Positions 37,833 to 50,945 of a stretch of DNA of 64,000 nt are shown here, piece after piece (position 1 is the stretch's first letter; each line of letters starts with the position of its first letter). The notes under the pieces were generated by a model, which saw nothing but the letters and a program-made list of their open reading frames with translations, had not been told where the DNA came from and did no database searches. The translations under genes were made by a program, and so were the position numbers. The DNA is from Dendrobates tinctorius (Eukaryota). Location: positions 58,342,001 to 58,406,000 of the forward strand of contig NW_027361675.1 of assembly GCF_039654945.1 (NCBI RefSeq), written 5' to 3'.

Positions 37833-37889
37833 TTTTGGTAGAAATGTAGACAAAATCCAACAAACTATATAGTAATGTAAAACAAGGTA

Positions 37890-38822
37890 CAAGGTGTCTA
37901 TAGGACAGGGGAGATTTTGAATTTCTGCAGACACTTGTGGACACTGGACAGTTTTGGATTGTGTGAGGCCCACTGATATCTGAGCGCTATGTGACAGGCT
38001 CGATGGCACAGCTGTGACCAAAGTGACTAGAGGATAAGGGAGATTTTGAATCTCTGCACACACTTTTGGACACTGGACACTTTTGGATTGTGTGAGGCCC
38101 AATGAATATCTGAGCGCTATGTGACAGGCTCGATGGCACAGCTGTGACCAAAGTGACTAGAGGATAAGGGAAATTTTGAATCTCTGCACACACTTTTGGA
38201 CACTGGACACTTTTGGATTGTGTGAGGCCCAATGAATATCTGAGCGCTATGTGACAGGCTCGATGGCACAGCTGTGACCAAAGTGACTAGAGGATAAGGG
38301 AGATTTTGAATCTCTGCACACACTTTTGGACACTGGACACTTTTGGATTGTGTGAGGCCCACTGATATCTGAGCGCTATGTAACAGGCTCGATGGCACAG
38401 CTGTGACCAAAGTGACTAGAGGATAAGGGAGATTTTGAATCTCTGCACACACTTTTGGACACTGGACACTTTTGGATTGTGTGAGGCCCACTGATATCTG
38501 AGCGCTATGTGACAGGCTCGATGGCACAGCTGTGACCAAAGTGACTAGAGGATAAGGGAGATTTTGAATCTCTGCACACACTTTTGGACACTGGACACTT
38601 TCGGATTGTGTGAGGCCCACTGATATCTGAGCGCTATGTGACAGGCTCGATGGCACAGCTGTGACCAAAGTGACTAGAGGATAAGGGAGATTTTGAATCT
38701 CTGCACACACTTTTGGACACTGGACACTTTTGGATTGTGTGAGGCCCACTGATATCTGTGCGCTATGTCACAGGCTCGATGGCACAGCTGTGACAAAAGG
38801 GACTATAGGATAAGGGAGATTG
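37890..38822. repeat. 129/130-bp tandem repeat, ~7 copies, between hAT promoter and ATG
   Basis: AGGATAAGGGA recurs at 38031, 38161, 38291, 38420, 38549, 38678, 38807. Confidence 0.97.
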
Positions 38823-39294
38823 GATTGCTTTTAAAAAAGCAGTTTGCAGAGCAGTGGGTAAACAGCAATGCCAGCCTGTCAGGAAGCCTTAAAAGGCAGC
38901 CCAACAACCAACACCACTGATACACCACAATATAGCCTCCCCTTGCACTGCACACACAGTGACTGGTGTGTTGTGCAGGCCAAATTGCTAGCAGCAGAAG
39001 CAGTTTTTTTTCTTCTCAGGACAAAAAAAAAAATTGGGATTGCTTTTATAAAAGCAGTTTGCGGAGCAGTGGGTAAACAGCAATGCAGGAATGTCAGGAA
39101 GCCTTAGAAGGCAGCCCAACAACCAACACCACTGATACACCACTATATAGCCTCCCCTTGCACTGCACACACAGTGACTGGTGTGTTGTGCAGGCCAAAT
39201 CGCTAGCAGCAGAAGCAGTTTTTTTGTCTTCTTCCCTGCCTAACGCTCTCCCTACAGAATCAGCAGCAACCTCTCCCTATACTGAGATCGGCAG

Positions 39295-39450
39295 AAGTAA
39301 GATGGCGGTCGGCGTGCACGCCCTTTTATACCCCCTGTGACGCCCACCAAAGCAAGCCAATCACTTGCATGCCCTTCTGAAAGATGGTGGTGACCCCTGC
39401 CTATGTCATCACGTTGCCCACAGTGTCCGTGGATCCTGATTGGCTGAAAA
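39295..39450 (-). promoter_or_regulatory. Putative transposase promoter (two CCAAT boxes, TATA, YY1/Inr)
   Basis: Minus strand: AGCCAATC (~39438-39445), reverse CCAAT (~39355-39363), TATAAAAG (39323-39330), CGCCATCTT (~39299-39307); a similar layout occurs at 15165-15312 and 60928-61062. Confidence 0.65.
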
Positions 39451-40192
39451 AGAGCACATAACAAACTTTTGAAACGCGACTTTGGCGCGTAAGTCACCGA
39501 CCTCGTGGCCGACCTCATCCTAGGGTCGGGTTTCGTTTCATGAAACCCGACTTTGCCAAAAGTCGGCGACTTTTGAAATTTTTCCACCCGTTTCGCTCAA
39601 CTCTACTTAATAAAATAAATTCATATGTATATGTCAGATTTTGTGGTTTTGTGGGAATTTTTGTTAACTGGTGGGAGATAATTTGTTTCATACCCCAGAT
39701 TAATTTGCTTCTTCCTGCAATCCTGAGTGAAATGTTGACCTGATATAGGCCTGCATTCACTGTGTATATCTGAAACTTTTACCTGTATATTTTTTTTAAA
39801 GGAAAAGTGAATTAATTTTTGTCATGATTCATATTGGACTTAATCTCACACAACTTTAGCGCTTAACTGGTCGATAGTGGTATACAAACAAGAAGCTGGT
39901 TGCTTGCCATTTTCTTCAATGCTTTAATGTATCTACTCTGTTTTTCCATTTTCTTAGTAATTGTAATATAACAAACAGCACAGTGTCACCACATCTCAGA
40001 AATGGAGCAAATTGTAAATGTTAACTTTTCACTAAAATGATTTATCACAGGGGCAAACATAGTCCTAACTACATTGTTCAATCTGTAATCATGTCCTAAT
40101 GATCAAAGATTACTCCCTTAGTTGGATATGTTTAAAAATCCTATATCTGTTTGCTGCACAATTCTCAGAAAGTACATATAGACCTTAGATAG

Positions 40193-40804
40193 TGTCAGGA
40201 GACAGACAGTGTGTGTGGTGCATACACACTAGAGAGAGAGAACAGTACCAAAGAAGACTGTGTTTATCGAGCATGCTCTCCAGAGGGAGAGGGACGGTGA
40301 AAGTAGCAGGCAGAAATGACGGTGTGCAGAGACACAGACAAGGACCTGGCGGGTCACGTGATCAGAGCAGGAAGGTCCTAAAGGCTAGAACTAGTACTTG
40401 TGTGAACTGGGGAGCACAAGGCGGATAGTAAGAACCGGCAACGCTGGAAGTGGGGTCGGACTAGCCAAGGTCAGTAAGAGGAAGACAGCACAGGACAAAA
40501 GGAGTGAGACACAAATGTAGTCAGGAGACAAGCCGAAGTCAATTACCAAAAGAGCCAAACAATGAGGTACAGAATCAACAGGCAATAGCAAAGTGAGGGA
40601 CAGACCTAATTAGAACCAGGGAACAAACACGCAGTGCAGGCACAAGGCACAAACACACAAAACACCAGGGTCAACGAGGGCTGGAGTATAACTGACAGAG
40701 AATCCTGGTCTAGCGTGGGTATAAATATCCCTCCCAGATACAAAAGGAGGCCACAACAATTAACCCTGAGAGGGCTGGGCATTAATCCTGTCCAAACGAT
40801 GACA
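40193..40804. mobile_element. Solo LTR
   Basis: TGTCA...TGACA termini; exact 5-bp TSD GATAG. Confidence 0.85.
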
Positions 40805-40913
40805 GATAGCCTTTAATTACATTCTTAAATTATGTGCTTTTTAAGGGGTGAAAATGGAATAAATCTATGTCTTCTGGTGGCAGCTTCTCTTTTGCAGAAG
40901 CAAAAGAATCAAA

Positions 40914-43900
40914 TGAGTCGCCCTCCCAGGGCTGTGGGGTACTCGGTACCAGGCCCGACGAGCCTCAATGGGAGTTGTCACGGCAGCTGGGACCCGGCCC
41001 GTGGCCCTGGGTGCCCATTGTACAAGGGGAAATGTTCAGTGTGCTTATGATGATTAGAATGAGTGAGTCGTGACGCCACCTGTGGTGTTAGGCAATGAAG
41101 ATGTTAAGCCGACGCTGCAGACAGATCCTCTGGGACAGATGGTGTGGTGCAGCAACGATGTTATAGCCCTCCACAGGCAGGGCTGAAGTCCCAGGGCAGA
41201 GTAGGTGAAGTGACACTTAGATGGTGTAGTGTCGGGTGCAGGGGATGTAGCAGTGCCGGGCAGGTTGATGCAGGAATAAGTGGAGGACACCAGGGCTTGT
41301 GGTTCCAAAGCTTTACTCACAGTCTGTAGTGGCACAAGAGCCCGCATCCATGCCGTGTCCTCCGGGTCAGGAGCTCAGCCAACTTCCAGGCAAGATGAAG
41401 TACTCCTTTCCCACACTCCGCCAACATATGTGCCTTTTCTGAATGTCTCCCTCTAAGCGCCTTTAGTGAAGTACTCACAGTACTGAGTTACACTGGAGCT
41501 CCTCCTGTCAGATGTTCCTGTGAACTCTACTTGTGCGGCAGACAGCTGTAGCCTGCTTCGGGGACTCCTTACTACCTAGTCACGGCTCACTATCGATGCT
41601 GTTGTGCCCCCAAGTCTGGTGTGGGAATAAAGTGGTGACAACTTCTATTCCTCCGGTGTCTGCTGCAGGACCATTAGTATCCGTACAACCTCGGGGACCG
41701 GACCCCGGCCTTGCGCTTAGAACTTAGGAAGGTTTCTCCTCTAACCCTAATCCTTAGTTCTCTTCTTCTCCTCATGTTCCGTACTTATCCTTTCCTTCTT
41801 ATGGAGAATTAGGCTTTCTTAATGTCTCTTTCCTGTGCCAGCAGACCCAGGTCACTGAGGTCTGCTGCAGCACTTCCTTCAATCCATCCCACTCCGGGGA
41901 TCTCCTCTCACATGCTGACCTTGTCAGACTTCTGTGACAAACTGACTGAATCCTAATCTCTTCCCGCTGTTTTGATGCAAAACTAAACTCCACTCACCTC
42001 CCAGCACGCTTCGTGTTCCAAGCAGGGAGCCACCAAAGGGTGCTTTGCTACACTACTATGTTGTGTGGGATGCAGGTGTTGGAGCGTGGTCAGGTGTCTC
42101 CACCTTACCTGGATGGTGGGGTACCACACCTCAGGAGGGGGTGCAGTACCTATGTAGCGACTCAATCCTCAGGGGCGCCACATAACCTCCCATTAAACTC
42201 AGCAAGTCCGCGGGCTGCAAAGAAGCAAAAATGGACAACTACAGGACCATACAAAATTTTTGCAATGCTAAATAAACAGTTCTTATCTAAACTTCCCAAT
42301 GTGGTAGGCACTGAGTCTTGAACGTTGCAAACATTTTAACTAACTATCTATATCTTGCTACAGTTCCTGATTCAAAAGTGCTATTGGCAATAACTCACTA
42401 CCACTTCATGTATTATAACACATTTCTTCATCATCTCTCCTTTCATATTTTCTACTTTCTATTATTAACCTTAAGTGACAACCGCTGATGCCTGGTTCGT
42501 CACCTGCATTTTTCAAATCTTTATCTTTATTCAAATCCTTCATCTCTTTATTAAAACATTCCTAATAGTTATTACTATTAACTAGATTCTATATAAAAGC
42601 TGTTCTCCAACTATTAATACTTTCATAAGGCACATTATAAAATACTTCACATCAAAACTTCAATAATTCTTGTAAGTGCTGGACACCGCGCCCAGCAGGG
42701 ATCTCTTGCAGTGTCCTTTTAGTGGGAGCCATGCTCCAGGTGAGGTAGTCCTTATTCCATAAAGGGCTATGTAAAACCAAGAATGGGCACCTAAAGAGGT
42801 GCAACTATATACATTACAGTTCTGGATCATTCAGTGTCCATGATCTCCACAGTTCAGTAAGAAAAACGCTGCCAATAAAACTGGAATCAACAGGGAAACA
42901 TCATGATAACAAAAATAGAAAAAACAGGCACAATGGTGCAAATACCCTCCTGGGTAACAGAGTTAGTTTTTGGTATGCTCTTTAATGTTGGTGGTCCCCT
43001 CCTAGGGTACTGGAAGCTGATGACTTGGGCTGCTTCCAGGGAAGAACTTGTGAACATCCTCTTCCTGCTGACTGGCCACAAACTGCAGATACTCCTTTTC
43101 TCTTGGAGTGGGGTTGGCATCTGCCTGTATAGGTAGCATTTCAGCTTCTACTGGTGATATCTCTGCTGCCTGTACTTCTGCAGAAGTTGCAGCTGGTACC
43201 GAAGGATATTGCTCCCCAGTTTCAGGTGGTACCACAGTTAGCAGTGCTGCTACCAGTCGTTGCTGGCATGGGGCAATTTGGATGCTGCCACTTGGTGTCT
43301 GAGCAATCACTGGACCATTTCTGTCCAGGGGCACAGTTCCTAATACCAGGATCATGGCAGGGGCAGAGATCCTACCTGATGATTCCTGGGAAGGTTCTGA
43401 CTCCGGCGCAGGTTCAGGGTGGTGAATGGTGGCAGCTGCAACCTGCAAGACTGCCTGGTGAGTGGTTGGCAGCTGGATCAGAGCTGGTGAGGGAGCGACG
43501 CCTGCCAAAGTCTCCAGGGCGGGCCCGCATGGCCGTGCCAGATCCGGGTAGGGCCTCAGCCCCTGCTCCTCCATTTGCTCTGGGACTCTCATGTATCTCC
43601 TTCTGGCAGGCCACATCCAATGGCAGTATCGGGTTGGATGTAGATGTGGGCGCTGTAGATGGTATCGGAGCGGCCGTATGCCCCGCAGGGGTGGCTTGGG
43701 AGCGAGTGGTCTCTCTCCCTTGCGTTCTCCTGGCCTCCGTCTGTCCTCCATCATGGCGTTCTCTCTTTCTTCCTGTCTGGACTATTTTCCCGCCACCGGC
43801 CCTCGCTCCTCCTTCTGAGGGCGGCGTCTTTTTCCTACTCCTCCATACCAGGCCAGTATACAAATTCCTCGGGGGGTGGGCCATGTTGCAGTTGCATAGA

Positions 43901-45373
43901 AGTTCAGACAGGGGAGGCCCAGGACAGTTCGCAGTCTTTTCTTAGGACCACCCATATTGTCACGCCCTTCTTCTCTGCGCCGGCGGCCATTTTTAGAGTC
44001 CATTTTACAGTCTATCAATTTGGTTATTCTGCACATTCTCAGCAATGTTAAGTCCAATAAAACTCAGGCACACAGAACCCGGTGGCACCGGGCTTCGTCA
44101 TCCTGTTCGTGACGCCAAGTTGGGTCACCCTCCCAGGGCTGTGGGGTACTCGGTATCGGGCCCGATGAGCCTTAGTGGGAGATGTCACGGCAGCTGGGAC
44201 CCGGCCCGTGGCCCTGGGCACCCATTGTACAAGAGGAAATGTTCAGTGTGCTTATGATGATTAGAATGAACGAGTCGTGACGCCACCTGTGGTGTTTGGC
44301 AATGCTGCAGACAGATCCTCTGGGACAGATGGTGTAGTGCAGCAATGATGTTATAGCCCTCCACAGGCAGGGCTGAAGTCCCAGGGCAGAGTAGGTGAAG
44401 TGACACTTAGATGGTGTAGCGTCGGGCACATGAAGGATGTAGCAGTGCCGGGCAGGTTGACGCAGGAATAAGTGGAGGACACCAGGGCATGTAGTTCCAA
44501 AGCTTTACTCACAGTCTGTTGTGGAACAAGAGCCCGCATCTGTGCCATGTCCTCTGGGTCAGGAGCTCAGCCAACTTCCAGGCAAGATGAAGTACTCCTT
44601 TCCAACACTCCGCCAACATATGTGCCTTTTCTTAATGTCTCCCTCTTAGCGCCTTTAGTGAAGTACTCACAGTACTGAGAAACACTGGAGTTCCTCCTGT
44701 CAGATGTTTCTATGAACTCTACTTGTATGGCAGACAGCTGTAGCCTGCTTTGGGGACTCCTTACTACCTAGTCCCGGCTCACTATCGATGCTGTTGTTCC
44801 CCCAAGTTTGGTGTGGGAATAAAGTGGTGACAACTTCTATTCCTCCGGTGTCTGCTGCAGGACCATTAGTATCCGTACAACCTCGGGGACCGGACCCGAC
44901 CTTGCGCTTAGAACTTGGGAAGGGTTCTCCTCTAACCCTAATCCTTAGTTCTCTTCTTCTCCTCACATTCCGTACTAATCCTTTCCTTCTTATAGAGAAT
45001 TAGGCTTTCTTAATGTCTCTTTCCTGTGCCAGCAGACCCAGGTCACTGAGGTCTGCTGCAGCACTTCCTTCAATCCATCCCACTCCGGGGATCTCCTCTC
45101 ACAGACTGACCTCGTCAGACTCCTGTGACAAAGTGACTGAATCCTAAACTCTTCCCGCTGTTTTGATGCAAAATTAAACTCCACCCGCTTCCCAGCATGC
45201 TTCGTGTACCAAGCACGGAGCCACCAAAGGGTGATTTGCTACACTACTATGTTATGTGGGATACAGGTGTTGGAGCGTGGTCAGGTGTCTCCACCTTACC
45301 TGGATGGTGGAGTACCACACCTCAGGAGGAGGTGCAGTACCTCTGTGGCGACTGAACCCTCAGGGGCGCCACA
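40914..45373 (-). mobile_element. Non-autonomous LTR retrotransposon (Gypsy-like): two ~1.26-kb LTRs, 1.9-kb interior without pol
   Basis: LTRs 40914-42182 and 44121-45373 (TG...CA); PBS at 44100-44117; short PPT (minus ATGGGAGG) ~42186-42193; 4-bp flanks CAAA/TAAA. Confidence 0.92.
44100..44117 (-). other. Primer-binding site, tRNA-Ser(CGA)
   Basis: Minus strand TGGCGTCACGAACAGGAT, 3 nt after the 5' LTR; complementary to the recalled vertebrate tRNA-Ser(CGA) 3' end ATCCTGTTCGTGACG-CCA. Confidence 0.82.
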
Positions 45374-46539
45374 TAAACATATTAGTTCAATATGTCCGAT
45401 TCCCTGAAACAACATGAATAATCACGTGTAACTACTTTTCAAATAATGACAATTAAAAATCTTATTATTATTATTTATTTGTGTCTACAGCTGCTTTTCA
45501 GACTGATACGTTTCAATGATAATAGACTGCAAACAATCTCTCTGTAGTCATATTGCCATATTTACTGCTAACCTACTAAGTTTAGGTTAGTGCTCATCTC
45601 TACCTAGTAAGAACTAGAGCACTTCAATTTTAATTTTAAAAATTTTGAAGCGAAAAAATGGTTTTGAAGATGAACTTTTCCTTTTACAATCCTCTAAAAT
45701 ATCTTAATTCTGTAGTAGTGCAAGCAGTAGTTACTGCACTTGAGTTTGGGTTACATTATAGATCCTGAGACATACTTTAATCATTTTTTTCTATATGAAA
45801 GAATAACTCCCATCAAAATTGGTATCCTTTTAATATATTGCAGGCATCATATTATAAAGCATTGTGTACGTACAATTGCTCATTTTGCTCTCTATCAGCT
45901 AATGTTTCTCTTTTCCATTAGGTCTATGACATCACATTATTAAAACAGGCTAGCTGACTCCTTCTAAGTTCTGTTTAGAAAAGGAGGTCAATTTTCCTTG
46001 TATGAGTCATAAGTCACTGCAAAAGTCCCTGGCAGGGGGGTGGAAGGAGCTGCTGAGTCAAGAGTTAAAGGGAGAATGATAAATGCAGGGACAAGAGACT
46101 TCCTGCTTCTACATAGAGCAGAAAAAAAAGAATTAGCTGTGTAGAAAGGCAAAATGAGCAGTTGTAAGTACACAGTGCTATATAATATGATGAATGCAAT
46201 ATATTAAGAAGATTTAAACTTTGCTGGGAGGAGGAGTGGTTCTTTAAGTTCTAATATACGATATACTTGTGAAATTTACTAAGTCAAATAATATGTAATA
46301 TCGGATAGTTATGTTAATAAGAGTGGCAATCTTTCTGCTTCCTGATTCCATAGTCTCTCACCTCCATAGCACTAAAGTAAGTCATATCATTGTGTCCTAC
46401 AAAAACTTCTTTATCAACTAATAATATCCTGTACATCTCAAGTATGTTTGAATTTTTGATCCAAACTTCTCCAGCTCAGACTTTTTTTTGCCATAATACC
46501 TTTTTCTGATGTTGCCTAATAAAGACAATATATCACCTA

Positions 46540-47197
46540 CCACATATTTCGGACTATAAGATGCACTTTTTTCCCCAAATTTGAAAGGAAAATGGGGGTA
46601 CGCCTTAAAGTCCGAATGTAACTTACCGGGGGGGCGGCGATGGAGCAGGGTCACCTCTGTAGGAAGCCAGTGGTGGCGGCAGGAGTGGGGCCATACTGCG
46701 GGCCCTGGTCTAGGAGGACGGTATTTTATGCAGTGTGAAGCAAGAGAGGAGTCCCCAATGCACACAGTAACCTTATGATGGGCTTCAGGAAAATGTCACC
46801 GGTTATTGGCGCATGCACAGATTAAGATTTCAGCTCTTCATTGAGACAAGATCTAAATCTTCACATGCGATGACAACCAGCGCCATTTTCCTGAACCCCA
46901 CCGCGAGGTCAATATGCACAGCATGGACTCCGCTCCTGCCTCACATTGCCATGAGACCCCCTCCTCTTAGTCGGGACACCTCCTCCTCCTACCCCTGGGC
47001 CAGCAGCATCTCACCACTCCTGCTGTCAAATGACATACATGTGACTCTACTCTTGACCCCTGGTAAGCTACATTCAGACTTTATGATGCACCCGTGACTC
47101 CTGATTTGCCCCATCCTAATTCTTTTTTTTCTGTTCTCCTAGTCTAAGCTTGGGGTGCTTCTTATGTTCCACTGCGTCTTATAGTCAGAACATACGC
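46540..47197. mobile_element. Non-autonomous Tc2/pogo-like element
   Basis: TTTCGGACTATAAGATGCAC ... GCGTCTTATAGTCAGAACATACG-CTA. Confidence 0.7.
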
Positions 47198-48224
47198 TAG
47201 TTTTTTGTTTACAGATGTAGCAGATGACAATTTGTGTAGGACAAGTAGAATTTTCATGCTGGACCAATAACAAAGACTACGTACCTTTGGCACGATATGC
47301 TATTTGGTAGAGTTGCAACCTTCATATTTTCAGCTGCTTTATCTTTGCTAATTGTAACCAGATACTGAAGCAAATATTTTTTTTTGCCACTTTGATGTGT
47401 CTATCACCTATTGTCTGTGGTTTTATCCTATAATAGAGAGCTTAACTTATTTTTACTATTGATGTTAATCCTGTCTGTGATAATAATAAGATTTCGGAGA
47501 TGTCATCTTTCTAAATCAGGAAGTATCAGCATATTAGGTTGGTTTAGCTGTCAGGACTTAATCTGTAAAATATCAGGATTGCTTTTAAAATATTGATATG
47601 GAAAATACAAACAAATTGTAAAAGATATTTTTAGCATAAAAAATTGACTGAAATGGGTTTTCCAGTTTCAATAAACACCTGTTCCTCAATAGAAATTAGT
47701 TTTAAAAATATATTTTTTTACTTATCCTTCCCAGGTCAAGCACTGAGTCATGTTGCTGCTTCGGTGTCTGTTATTGTATGCATTGCTGATGTCTCATTAG
47801 TCCAGTGGCTCTGCCTGAGTGGATGGCATGAGCAATGATTGGCTGTAGTACTGCCACCATGATATCAGTGCTGCAGACAATAACAGCCAATAGGAGCAGC
47901 AGCGGAGACTCAGTGCTGGAGCCTGGGATAGTAAGTAAAGCTTAGTTTATTTTTTAAAACAGACTGTGCCTTTGGACAGGGATTTATTGAAAACAGAAAA
48001 CCCATCAACCATTAGATTAACTTCTGACATCACATGTTTTTCTGACTGTCAAGTCTGATGCACTCATACTCTTTTGCTTTTCCCTTGGACTTCTTTATAT
48101 ATTGCATAGACTTACTTCTTTCAAAAAAATAGTGGACATTTTTCTATGAAATCTTCAATTTAAGGTAGTCTAACGCACAGAATAACCTTTGTCAATAAAC
48201 TGACATGTGACTGTCCATAGACAG

Positions 48225-49667
48225 TGTTATGATCAGGGGGTGTGACCTTTGGCACACGGCTATCACAGGCATTGGGGGGCTTATCTTAGTTATCCCACCG
48301 CTGGCACCATGTGATAAAAAACAGCAAGCTAGTCTTGCCCTCACAATTTACCACAGGGGGTTTATTTTGGTTATCCCACTGCTGCCATAATAGGTTACAA
48401 GCTGCCGGGATTTTATGTATATCCCACTTTTCAGTTCCACTTTGGAACTCGCAGCTCTCCAGCACCCCCTTACCCTCAGGTCAGTCAGGGAACTACACCT
48501 AGGATAATTAGTCACCGAACGGGCTACTTGTTGTGCACTGGCTATTAGGCTGCTGCAGTGAAGGAATTATAACTAGTCCTAGCCGCAGCCAGACAAATCA
48601 GCTTATAAAACCCTTTCCATCACTGCCAGCTGGCCCACCTGCCCAGAGCACACTTTGCTGCCACCAGTTTATGATTTCTCTTATCAATATTTAAAATCAG
48701 TAGCGTAATTAGCTTATAGGCACGTGAATTTGTCACAGAGCAAGGAGGCAGAACTAATAAATTTTATAGTTTATTCCCAAAAGATGGGCAGTGTTTACAG
48801 AAGATAAAATGGTTTTACGATATGAGACAATAACAGTATGTACAATGCAACTACAAATAAAAGGGATTTAAAAAACAGAGATAAACTTACTTATTGCTTA
48901 GATCATTTCAGGCAGAACCATGCTGGGGGGAGGCAGAGCCAGCCATCACCACTGATTTGAGATCTTATTGCCACGGCATCCCAGGCTAGAATGAGGGTGG
49001 GGTAGGGGAAAATACCCTATACCTTTGGGCTTGTGACATCACTAAAGGGGCTGGCTTGGGACAGTCCTCCCCTTTCTCAAAGTACAGATTTGGGTTCTGA
49101 AAACTTATAACCATCATACCTGGGCTTGAGAACCTAGCAGAATATCGGCAGAACCATCATTCATCTTATATTGAAATTAGCTTCGTAATGACATCAAACA
49201 CTAGCTGTCTATTTTGCTCTGTTAAGGAGAAATTCATTTCTCTGGTTCTGTTCATGCTAGAATTTAGCAAGAACCGCTGTAGTGAAGCCCGATCGGCGCA
49301 TGTCCCAATGTGTCAGTTTCATATTTCTATTATAATCTGGCAGCGTTTAATAACTAAGTGATTAGATTCTCATTATTGTCTATGAGAGTAGCTTCACATG
49401 GTGGGAAAGAGATAAAGGAAATTCTTTCTGTTAATTAATACATTCCTGTGGAAGAAGTGGGGGACATGAAAGAGTGAGTGGATCACACACTGGAGTCTCA
49501 CGCTACAGTCAGGTAGAGGGAGAATACAAAGCTGCAATATGTGACAGGCACACAGGGACAAGAACAGGGGGGTCACTTCTCTCTGGGCAGCTATGCATCC
49601 TTCTAGAAAGTGTACAGAATGGAAGATTCTGGAGAAATCATACATGATAATTTACATTGTCATTACA
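48225..49667. mobile_element. Probable solo LTR (1.44 kb)
   Basis: TGTTATGA...TCATTACA termini; 5-bp flanks GACAG/GACAA; GC-richer than the flanks. Confidence 0.65.
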
Positions 49668-50678
49668 GACAATTTGATTTTGGCCATTTTTAGACTTTGG
49701 ATATGCCAGTGTACTACAAAAACAACTCATGCAAAGTCCGTATACTTTCTGAGTTAAACATAATATTAGTTTACAGAATTACATTGATACCACTAATAAT
49801 CAAATAATATTTTATGTATGAGTTATGGCAATTTGCCATTAACACACAGGAGTAGCAATACTTGAAAATGAAGATTTACAATTCTGTGTGTATAGTAAAT
49901 TATAAATCTTTGCTGAAAACTTAAGTAATTGTAATATTAGTCAAATATTTTTAATAATTATATAAACTAATTTAAAAGCTACAATGATGAAATGGTGTGA
50001 ATTAATTAATTTAAAAAGATATAAAAAAAAAAAAAGAAAACAAGTTATCCCAAAGTTTTCCTTGAAACCTCAGTATAAATAAAATTGTATGTGGTTTCAA
50101 TGAAAAAAAGACTGCAAACATAATCGGCTACCATAGAAAATTGAATTCAAATAACCTTGACTTGACGCATACTCTGCCTTAACAAGATATGTTTGTGTAT
50201 CAGGGATGAAAAGACCATCATTACCATAGCCTTAAGTATATGTTATGCTTATTAGGAGTTAAAAAAATCTTTTATGCAAATGTGATGCCTAATGGCTATT
50301 CATTTAATCTGTTTTCACATAAGGATAGACAATATTCTTTTTATATTTTCCTAAATAATCCATTCACCTGTTTGCAATTTAAAATAACATAAACTCAACA
50401 TAATTAGCTAAATACTGCCTAAACGTGTATTAAAAGAGGGAAACTTTCTGTGCTTCAGCAAAAAAGCATGTAGACATCAAATTTATGAATTATTTTAGAT
50501 TACATAATATTTCATAGTGGACTACTTTATGCTGCCTTAGGGATTGGGGATACAAACTGTATACCTTATATGAACCAATGCTTTCAATATTTACACAGCA
50601 TTCCTTCTTATTAATTACTTATAATTAATTTCACAACTATTCAAGGATATCATCACTGTCCCCATTAGGGCTTACAAT

Positions 50679-50945
50679 TAGAAATGAATGAACCCGCCCA
50701 GTGTCTGATGCTGAGCTCTGAACACGGAATTCTCCCTGAAGTTTGTTTTATTGTTCTGAGTTTCCGAAGGAGAGAGAGGCACCTAGCTCTTACTATGACA
50801 ATTTTACAGCACCAAAGTTCAGGTTTCCATTGACTTTTATGGAGTTAAGGTTCGGTTAAAGTTCAGTTAGAATTCTGGTACCCGAAACTGAACTTTGGAC
50901 AAAAGTTTGGTCGAATCCGACCATCCACGGGCCTGCTCATCCCTA
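50679..50945. mobile_element. Decayed hAT MITE
   Basis: TAGAAATGAATG...GCTCATCCCTA; TSD CTTACAAT/CTCACAAT. Confidence 0.75.

Larger units (their letters stand above)
28941..39605 (-). mobile_element. Large composite hAT (Ac family) transposon, 10.7 kb
   Basis: TIR TAGAGTTGAGCGA...TCGCTCAACTCTA; exact TSD CTTAATAA (28933-28940, 39606-39613); transposase on the minus strand. Confidence 0.97.

Noticed and set aside
37833-38749. Repetitive ORFs (GLTQSKSVQCPKVCAEIQNLPYP) as an N-terminal transposase extension
   Set aside because: Open only because the unit is 129 bp; the 130-bp units break frame, and the sibling element has the same ATG with a diverged array.
43002-44057. gag or other named domain in the LTR element interior
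   Set aside because: No CCHC knuckle, capsid, protease or RT motif recognisable; GC-rich overlapping ORFs occur on both strands.
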